Virus record (IMG/VR): IMGVR_UViG_3300022839_000006
Location: 62,001 to 126,000 of that record
DNA: 64,000 bases
Strand: one strand, 5' to 3'
This document shows, in pieces, positions 57,001-64,000 of the stretch. The first letter of the stretch is position 1; each line of letters starts with the position of its first letter. The notes under the pieces are model-generated. The model searched no databases. It worked only from the letters and a program-made list of their open reading frames with translations, and was not told where the DNA came from. A program made the translations under genes and the position numbers.

Positions 57001-58042
57001 TTTTAAAAACTTCTATTTCTTGCTTTAACTCTTTGATCGCTTCTATCAAGAGGCCTACAATATTTCCGTATGCTACAGATTTATAGTCTCCATTGTCAAC
57101 AACAACTTCAGGTATTACTTTTTCAACTTCTTGTGCAATGACACCCATGCCGTTCTTGTCATCTTTTGTAAAATAGACTCCTCTTAGCTTTAAGACTTTT
57201 TCTAACGCTGAATCTATTGTTACGACGTTACTCTTTAGGCGAATATCAGAGAACGCAGTCACGTCACCAGAAGCCAAAATACTGCCATTGACTGTCAATG
57301 CTTGAGTTGGATTTGAGTTGTTGATTCCTACTCTTGCAGTTGCACCAATCCAAGTCACTCCACTTATTGCAACATTCCCAGTACCATTTCCTACTAGTAG
57401 CTTGTTTGCTTGAAGAGTTGCAAGTCCTGTCCCGCCACGCACCACGGGCAAAGCTCCGGCAGTGATCTTGTCCGCATCAAGATCGGGTATTCTTGCCACG
57501 TCGAATGTTCCTGTGCCAATAGCATTGGGATCAATGTTGGTTATGAGAGACCCGTCGCCTTGGAGCTTTGCTACAGTAAGAGTTCCATTCTGATCTAATC
57601 TTAGCTGGGGGTCTACTCCAACTCCAGTTCTTATTACAAATGGTGTCGAAGCGTTAGCTGTTTCAAGAGCTACGTTCCACGTAGTGACTGCACCGTTTGT
57701 AAGTCTTATTATAGGTCGAAAGCCAGAACTTGCAATCACGTCTAAAAGGTTTTCTTGGGATCCTGGTCCGTTAATTCTAAGAGGCGAGTTTACATCAATG
57801 GAAAGTTCTGCGTCAGTTTCACGAGTTATCGAACTTAATGCAACGTCTGATATTGTAGAAAAATCTGCAACAAAAGCACCTGCGGAAAATTCTCCATCAA
57901 TTGCAACATTGCCTATTCTTGGAACTGGGGTTCCTGCTGTTACAACAAGAGCACTATCATTTATTACGCTAATAACCTCATTGGTTCGGTTTAACCAAAC
58001 CTGAAAGGTGTCTGATATTACGATTGGGTCTACAGTTGACAT
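56990..58042 (-). CDS. tail fibre protein with S74 intramolecular chaperone
   Basis: DTF..W..RTN; TAFSDIRLKSN, GVIAQEVEKV.PE.V, SVAYGN.VGLLIEAIKEL. Confidence 0.88.
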   Translation of the reverse strand: MSTVDPIVISDTFQVWLNRTNEVISVINDSALVVTAGTPVPRIGNVAIDGEFSAGAFVADFSTISDVALSSITRETDAELSIDVNSPLRINGPGSQENLLDVIASSGFRPIIRLTNGAVTTWNVALETANASTPFVIRTGVGVDPQLRLDQNGTLTVAKLQGDGSLITNIDPNAIGTGTFDVARIPDLDADKITAGALPVVRGGTGLATLQANKLLVGNGTGNVAISGVTWIGATARVGINNSNPTQALTVNGSILASGDVTAFSDIRLKSNVVTIDSALEKVLKLRGVYFTKDDKNGMGVIAQEVEKVIPEVVVDNGDYKSVAYGNIVGLLIEAIKELKQEIEVFKNGN

Positions 58043-58046
58043 TTAA

Positions 58047-58223
58047 TTACCTATTCTCTAGTCTTATAACAGTTTCGCTCAATCTATTTATACACTCTGT
58101 CAAAGACTTCACTTCTAGTCTCAGATCTGTTAGTTCCTTTGCCCGATTTCTTTCTGCCTGGTACTTTTTTAATTCTTGTAGATTTGTTTCGACGATTGCT
58201 TTTGAAAAATTATCTCTTATCAT
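58047..58223 (-). CDS. small coiled-coil late protein (58 aa, not in ORF track)
   Basis: Read by eye: MIRDNFSKAIVETN...RLENR*; overlaps upstream stop; contains TATAAATA at 58085-58092. Confidence 0.7.
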   Translation of the reverse strand: MIRDNFSKAIVETNLQELKKYQAERNRAKELTDLRLEVKSLTECINRLSETVIRLENR

Positions 58224-61200
58224 TGGAAGGAAATCCCTCTATAATCTAGTACCTTTGGCACTCGAGCAACATCGTCCGAAAGTAAATCAATCCGAATCGA
58301 GAACGATCTAAACGAATAGTATGTGCCAGTGGAATTTGTATATGTTGTAATGCCAGCGAGTTTTTCTGTTTCTGGTATTTCAAATACAAATTCCTTATAA
58401 TCATTCACGTTTGATGTGCTAGAGAATAGTGTAGAACCTTCAATTTTGTCCAATTCGAACCATTCGTTGTTACGCAACGAAACAGGGTCATCGCCATTCT
58501 TTACTTTCAGGTAAACCTTAATGTCAGAACCTATCGGTCTGTATCCTGTGAGATACAATCTAAAGTCTTCTGCATCAAATCCTTCTTGTAATTCCACTCT
58601 TTTGGATATGTACTTAGAAGTAGTTTCGACAGTGTCTGTTATATTATAGACATATGCAAATATCTTGGCAGTTTCAATGTCAACAAGCGGGGTGGTTGTT
58701 GCAATGGAATCTTTCTCAAGTGTGAGAACTACACGCAAGTTCTTGTCGTTTGTGATATCATTTGATTTACTATAAACAACACAACCCTTTTCGTTGAATG
58801 CTTTTTTGTCTGCAAAGCTGAACTCACTTGTATAAGCAGCATTTCCAGGCGCAGCAGGGTCTATCGCCTTCACTGCAGTTCTAACATTCGTATTTGTGTC
58901 AGTTATTCTATTGACCATAGCCTGTATGTAGCTCAATTCAATGTTATCAACTGAAACAATTGAAGCAGTTGCTCCGCTATCAATGCCGTATATAATCCCA
59001 GCAGATGCAAATATTCTTGTGTCTCTTGCAGACGAATCTTCAAGAACTAAGAAGTCTGGCTTTCTGGTATTAAAATAATTGATTTTTCCTGCAACTACTG
59101 GTCTTGAATTTATGGTACCTGCAAACTTTGGAAGCTTGTCTACAATAATTTGGGTAGAATTTGTGACAGATACGACCCGCAGAAGATCTTTTTCTCCTGA
59201 AGTGTGTTCAACATACACATAATCGCCTGCGCTGTAATTATTTAGAGCAGAACCTGTAACTACATTTGTTGTTACGTTGAGAACTAACTGATATGTGGTA
59301 CCTGCCGCAGCAGTGAACACGTATGCAAGTTCGTTGTTAGCAAATCCACCTACAGTATTTTGAATGGAGAAGAATTCTGCGTTATCAGTTTCTAATTCGA
59401 CAGTACCCTGGTCAACATTGAAGTTGTAGCGATAAAGATCAAACCTGATATCCTCATCCTGATACGAGTTCCATGAGCGGTTGTTTGTCGACGTAAACAG
59501 AACACCGTCACCCCAATCCGAATTTACAGCAGTTCCTGTTAAGAGGTCAGTGCCTCCTACTTTCTGTGTAAAGATTAGGTAGTCTGGGTCTGCTGCGTCT
59601 GGCATTACAACTATTGCGTATTCTTTTTCGGTGTCTAGTCTTACAGGAGCCTCGAAGATTATAGAAGTTACGACTGATGCGTCATTGGATATGTTCACTT
59701 GGGATGCTCTTAGGTGTATCTTTGAAAAAGGAAGTATTTCAAAGCTAGGATATCCGTTTTCTACTTCTCTTATCATCACAGTAATGCCATTAGTGGCACT
59801 TTTTCTGCTAAAGTAAAGATCGAGTCTTCCTAGGTATAGGCAATCCGCCCCTTGTGTCATGGTATCTTTAACAAAGAAGGTCTGTGCGAGAGGATCTCTT
59901 GGTGGGTCGCGGTCATCTCTTTCGCTTCTTTGTATTACCGGTGGAACTGGCGGTATGTTTCTTATAGTAACCGAGTTTGTGGTCGTGACAGAGCGCGTGC
60001 TCTTAATGTCAAACTCTGGTTTTCTTGTAGACATCGTTAGCCCAGTTTTTTCAATGCTGAAGTTATATGCGTTGAATTTCAGTCTTCCTGCTGATGCAGC
60101 AGCGCTTTCTATATCTTCGAATGTGCCGACGTCTGCAATTACTAATTCTCTTTCGCCAATGATAAACGTATTGCCTGGGATTTTAAATATAGCAAACAAT
60201 TCTCCGTTACTGTTTGTTGTAACGGAGGTTCCAAATTTTCCTGCTCTACGGACTCTATCACCTGAAGTTGCTCCAGAGATATCACTGCGTAGCGTTCCAG
60301 GCGCAATGAAGTCATCTACAATTTTTTCGTCAAAGAAGAAGAAGTGTTGCGTGTTCGGTCTTAGACCATACATTTCGACAGAAAGCTCAATCGATTTGAT
60401 GTAAGGCTTGTATTGGAAATTGGTAACAAAGTCGCCTACAAATTCCTCTTGTGCAGGTCCACTAGCAACATTTAATTCTTTAAATATGTTTTTGAATGTG
60501 TCGGTTGTAGTAGTTGTAATCTGCCTACCTGCCGCAGCATTTCCAGTTTCAGACACCTTGTTCGTCGATTTGATCTTTTTCTTTTTCGAGGACGTGAGAG
60601 GCACGAATTCGCTTATTGCCTCAGCAAATTCAGCAAATGGCGACACAAGATCGATTGCGTATGTCTTTGGAGTCGTTACAGTGTCATACGCAACATCGTA
60701 TTCTGGGGTAAGGTAACCAGTGCCTTTGTAGCTATAGAAATTGCTTGTACAGGTTCTAACATTTGTTGCATACTGCTGTCTCAAAAACCGAACATACTGG
60801 TTTGAACTTAGCGTAGCAGTTTTGTTGTCTACATCAAACGATTGGGTATCAGTAAATCCTTTCACCTTCAAGTTCAAAGGGAATTGTCTAAAGCTTGGGT
60901 ATAGAGCATTTTCAGTAAAGTCAACAGAAGAGTTGAATGTGGGATCGCTGACGTCAGCAATTGACAGGTCGTTAAACGGATCCACTACGATTCCATTTTT
61001 AAATCTGTTCAAGCCGTTTTCATCTTGAATTAGCAAATCACGTGTTGCATTTTCTAGCGCAGTAAGCTGCGTGTAGTATGTGATTTGATCAAGTTGCGAA
61101 GAAATTTTATCAATGTCTTGCATAGTGTATGTTTTTGTAGTTTTTCTCGTGAGCTGCAACGTCTCGTTTCTGCGACCCAATCTTGCAGCAAGTTCAGAGG

Positions 61201-63688
61201 ACAGCAAAGGATATCCAGGAACTGTTATTTCAGCAATAATAGAATTTTCGCTCTTGTCAATTGCGTTGGCGGAATTGCCAGTAACGTCGCCAACAATATA
61301 TTTGAAGCGACCATAAGAGTTGCCCACAATATAATCTACTCTGCTTCCGTAGTATTCAATGTCAACAGAAGCGCTAGTATTAAATGCAGGAACCACGTGA
61401 TTTATGTCTATATCAAATAACTGTGTTGCGCTTGTTGGTAGAGAGACACCTGGTGCTAGCGTAGTAGCACCCCCAACAGTTGCGGAATAACTAGCAGTCG
61501 CTAGTCTATAAGGTCTAAAGTCTATTGACGATTTTAAATCAAAAACGTCTCCGTTTTCTGTCTCGAAATACGAGACGTATTCTTGGTCAATGTTAACATA
61601 GCTATCTACTGTAAAGAAGTTAATATCAGAGCTTACATCTACTTTGAATGTTCTTACTTTTATAGTCAACGCTGCGTTGTTAGCAGGTAAAGTGCGGCCA
61701 GGTATCTTTTCGATGTATGAGTGGTCATAGAAATTGTCTTTTTGGTTTTTTACTAAGCGGAAGCTACTAGTAAAATCTTTATTCGAAGAGTCTACTATGC
61801 TAATAATCTCAGCTACATCAGGGAGACCTAACGTATATTTTGATATGTCTGCATCTGTTTTGTATGTGGTTTTTACATACACATCAAGTAGTTGTTTCAC
61901 TCTTTGTTCAGCACTTGTAAGTTTTGCGTTATAATAAACTGTTACGTTTTGCGTGCCTGCAGATGTTGTAATAACAAGGTTGGATCCTACAATGGCAGTA
62001 TTTGTAATTGTCGAAGCAGTATTATTGTTACTTTGTATTACAAGAACATCTCTTAGTGTTTCCGCATCAAACACTTCATCGACCGCTGGTTCTACTGTTA
62101 TGGTACCAGCCGAAGAAGGTGCAACTTTACTTTTTCTAATGCTGAACGACATGTCTGAAAGTGATTTTACAAAAGATTTGTTTGCATCAAAGATTAGTTT
62201 TGATTCGGACGAATTGATGATTTTTGGCGTTATCTGAATTTGCCCATTAGTAGAACCTTCTTTCACGTAGCCAACATTTTCAAATGCTTGACCTGTGTTC
62301 ATACGAATGGCATATAGATATACCCTGTCTCTCGTGTAGTTTTTAACAATAGCGGAACCAATTGCAACAAGTGACGAGTTCAAAAGTGAAACGTTGGCCA
62401 TGGTGCCTATCGTGACACTACCAGTTGCTGCTATGACTTTACAGAAGCCGCCGTAATTGAAGTTTACTGGTTGGCTGTTAATGTCGAATGTTACAGTATT
62501 TGCATTTGGAACTTCGAATATTCTTTTTGAATCGTTTGCAATGCGATATCCTTTTGAATATGCGATTCCTTCGCCCATTTCAACAAAGAATGTGTCTGTT
62601 GCATCGTTCTTTACAATTTCAAATTGAAATTTGTTCTTCGTAAAGTCACCGTTTGTTTCGTACGTTCTACGTGCAAGCTCTTTAGCAATCGAATTAAATT
62701 CAGAGACGTTTCTTGTTTCGACTGCGTATCCATTTTCATATCTACGAAGAATGAAAAACTCAGCATCAGCTTCTGCTGCTACTGTATTCAGTGCAATCAA
62801 TCTTGGGACGAGTAGCAATCTGTCCGCACCGGGGGCGTTCTCGTTCGCTGAGCCGTTTGCGTTATCAAGCAGTGAAGTGTCCTGTTGGGAGTTAACGATT
62901 GACTCATCAACTGCGTAACCCACCGATGTGTTATTAGGCTGAATTGCAAAGGGGTCTTCTTCATCAACTTCAGACAAATATTTACTAACAATGACTGTTT
63001 GATCATCAACGAATAGGAAGTGCCCACGCTGGAACACAATACCTTCGGATGAGTTAAGACCGAACGACTTTCCGATTGGGCTAGAGAAACCTGCAACTGA
63101 AGTGCTTGCTACAATGCCGTTGTCTATAGTTGTTTCGCTCGATACGCCCTCGACAACTTGTGTTCTAAGGATGTATTCTCTTACTGAAAGTGAATCGTTA
63201 GGTTCATACACTTTCTTTTCAATGCCTTCTACTTCAACGGTGTTTAGATATACCATGAAGAACGTGTTAAGGTCTGGTGCTCTACTTTGAAAACCACTTG
63301 TTCCTTGAATAATAAGAGACTTGAGACCCGAACTGTCTTCTATCTCGAAGTAATATTCATCAACCGTGCCGTCAATCTGAACTACAGTACGCTCGATAAA
63401 ATCTTCTGGTCTTGCTCTTCCTCCACCACCAGCAAGTAGAATACTATCTACAACTTTTGCATATTGAAGGTTGCGAATCTCTGTGAATGTGCAGCCCTTA
63501 ATGATTGAACCTTCTTTATAGATATTCTCCCCAAACTGTTCAATTTGGTTTTGAAGCGTTGTTTGTAGCTGAGTCAATTCTCTCGCTTGAACCGCAAAGC
63601 CAGGCTTAAAAAGCACTCTATAATATTTGTTGGCAATATCATAGTCGTCAAAGTACGGTGCAATATTCAGATCTGTTTTGATACTCAT
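58220..63688 (-). CDS. large baseplate/structural protein (DUF4815/VrlC-like)
   Basis: LN..PYFDD, RVLFKPG..VQARELTQLQ..LQNQIE.FG, APGADR, RF.NG..VDPF, DPLAQTF. Confidence 0.9.
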   Translation of the reverse strand: MSIKTDLNIAPYFDDYDIANKYYRVLFKPGFAVQARELTQLQTTLQNQIEQFGENIYKEGSIIKGCTFTEIRNLQYAKVVDSILLAGGGGRARPEDFIERTVVQIDGTVDEYYFEIEDSSGLKSLIIQGTSGFQSRAPDLNTFFMVYLNTVEVEGIEKKVYEPNDSLSVREYILRTQVVEGVSSETTIDNGIVASTSVAGFSSPIGKSFGLNSSEGIVFQRGHFLFVDDQTVIVSKYLSEVDEEDPFAIQPNNTSVGYAVDESIVNSQQDTSLLDNANGSANENAPGADRLLLVPRLIALNTVAAEADAEFFILRRYENGYAVETRNVSEFNSIAKELARRTYETNGDFTKNKFQFEIVKNDATDTFFVEMGEGIAYSKGYRIANDSKRIFEVPNANTVTFDINSQPVNFNYGGFCKVIAATGSVTIGTMANVSLLNSSLVAIGSAIVKNYTRDRVYLYAIRMNTGQAFENVGYVKEGSTNGQIQITPKIINSSESKLIFDANKSFVKSLSDMSFSIRKSKVAPSSAGTITVEPAVDEVFDAETLRDVLVIQSNNNTASTITNTAIVGSNLVITTSAGTQNVTVYYNAKLTSAEQRVKQLLDVYVKTTYKTDADISKYTLGLPDVAEIISIVDSSNKDFTSSFRLVKNQKDNFYDHSYIEKIPGRTLPANNAALTIKVRTFKVDVSSDINFFTVDSYVNIDQEYVSYFETENGDVFDLKSSIDFRPYRLATASYSATVGGATTLAPGVSLPTSATQLFDIDINHVVPAFNTSASVDIEYYGSRVDYIVGNSYGRFKYIVGDVTGNSANAIDKSENSIIAEITVPGYPLLSSELAARLGRRNETLQLTRKTTKTYTMQDIDKISSQLDQITYYTQLTALENATRDLLIQDENGLNRFKNGIVVDPFNDLSIADVSDPTFNSSVDFTENALYPSFRQFPLNLKVKGFTDTQSFDVDNKTATLSSNQYVRFLRQQYATNVRTCTSNFYSYKGTGYLTPEYDVAYDTVTTPKTYAIDLVSPFAEFAEAISEFVPLTSSKKKKIKSTNKVSETGNAAAGRQITTTTTDTFKNIFKELNVASGPAQEEFVGDFVTNFQYKPYIKSIELSVEMYGLRPNTQHFFFFDEKIVDDFIAPGTLRSDISGATSGDRVRRAGKFGTSVTTNSNGELFAIFKIPGNTFIIGERELVIADVGTFEDIESAAASAGRLKFNAYNFSIEKTGLTMSTRKPEFDIKSTRSVTTTNSVTIRNIPPVPPVIQRSERDDRDPPRDPLAQTFFVKDTMTQGADCLYLGRLDLYFSRKSATNGITVMIREVENGYPSFEILPFSKIHLRASQVNISNDASVVTSIIFEAPVRLDTEKEYAIVVMPDAADPDYLIFTQKVGGTDLLTGTAVNSDWGDGVLFTSTNNRSWNSYQDEDIRFDLYRYNFNVDQGTVELETDNAEFFSIQNTVGGFANNELAYVFTAAAGTTYQLVLNVTTNVVTGSALNNYSAGDYVYVEHTSGEKDLLRVVSVTNSTQIIVDKLPKFAGTINSRPVVAGKINYFNTRKPDFLVLEDSSARDTRIFASAGIIYGIDSGATASIVSVDNIELSYIQAMVNRITDTNTNVRTAVKAIDPAAPGNAAYTSEFSFADKKAFNEKGCVVYSKSNDITNDKNLRVVLTLEKDSIATTTPLVDIETAKIFAYVYNITDTVETTSKYISKRVELQEGFDAEDFRLYLTGYRPIGSDIKVYLKVKNGDDPVSLRNNEWFELDKIEGSTLFSSTSNVNDYKEFVFEIPETEKLAGITTYTNSTGTYYSFRSFSIRIDLLSDDVARVPKVLDYRGISFQ

Positions 63689-63703
63689 GGTGTGCTTTTA
63701 TCC

Positions 63704-64000
63704 TTAGAAGTCTATGATTAAACGTATTTGCTCAGCTTTGTCTTCTGTTCTATCAATTGGTGTCGAATCCGCAATAAATAAAACATCTCCGCTATCACCA
63801 ACATACGGTGAATATTCAATAGTATTTATACCAAAACTTGTAGAGTTGATTGTTAGTGGAAGTGAATCCACAAAACTTTCAGAATAAGGGCCTTTGTAGT
63901 CCGAAAGATATATTGTATTTTCTGCTGCAATCACTTGATGCACGATGCCTTGAACCGGTTCTTGTGTTACAGTAGAACCAACATCTATGCCTACAGATCC
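63704..64000 (-). CDS. baseplate wedge protein gp8-like, C-terminal end (truncated by window edge)
   Basis: SGDVLFI....PI.R..D..E.IRLIIDF terminus; frame open to 64000. Confidence 0.75.
   Translation of the reverse strand, partial: GSVGIDVGSTVTQEPVQGIVHQVIAAENTIYLSDYKGPYSESFVDSLPLTINSTSFGINTIEYSPYVGDSGDVLFIADSTPIDRTEDKAEQIRLIIDF

Overview
This is a 64-kb segment of a large T4-like (gp23-type capsid, contractile tail) myophage. A GapR/DUF2312 gene of Rhodobacterales type suggests an alphaproteobacterial host. The left ~21 kb (+ strand) holds early/middle accessory genes: an RNA-repair and anti-defence set (Rnl1 split into two genes, Rnl2, cyclic-phosphate receiver domain, P-loop kinase, metallophosphatase, two PTH2-like proteins, Acb1-like 2H phosphodiesterase), plus RNase H, RuvC-like nuclease, PhoH, PAAR, an exonuclease and a Hef-like endonuclease. 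The right ~43 kb (- strand) is the late morphogenesis module: gp23-22-21-20-19-18-17-16-15-14-13, then fibre and baseplate genes, with many T4 TATAAATA late promoters. Main points of interest: (1) a three-domain glycosyltransferase, an FkbM methyltransferase and a sulfotransferase directly downstream of a proline-poor Gly-(F/Y)-Thr-Gly-Ser-X collagen-like fibre gene, a candidate virion glyco-fibre modification system; (2) two tandem 7x52-aa propeller paralogs whose loop codons vary at positions 1-2 while position 3 stays fixed; (3) TerL fractured by an atypical split intein (32-aa IntN, 111-aa IntC); (4) Rnl1 split through its catalytic domain; (5) three related sigma70-type promoter elements firing antisense into gene 3' ends. 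No tRNA, rRNA, CRISPR array or reverse transcriptase was seen. All calls come from motif recognition by eye; no database searches were run.
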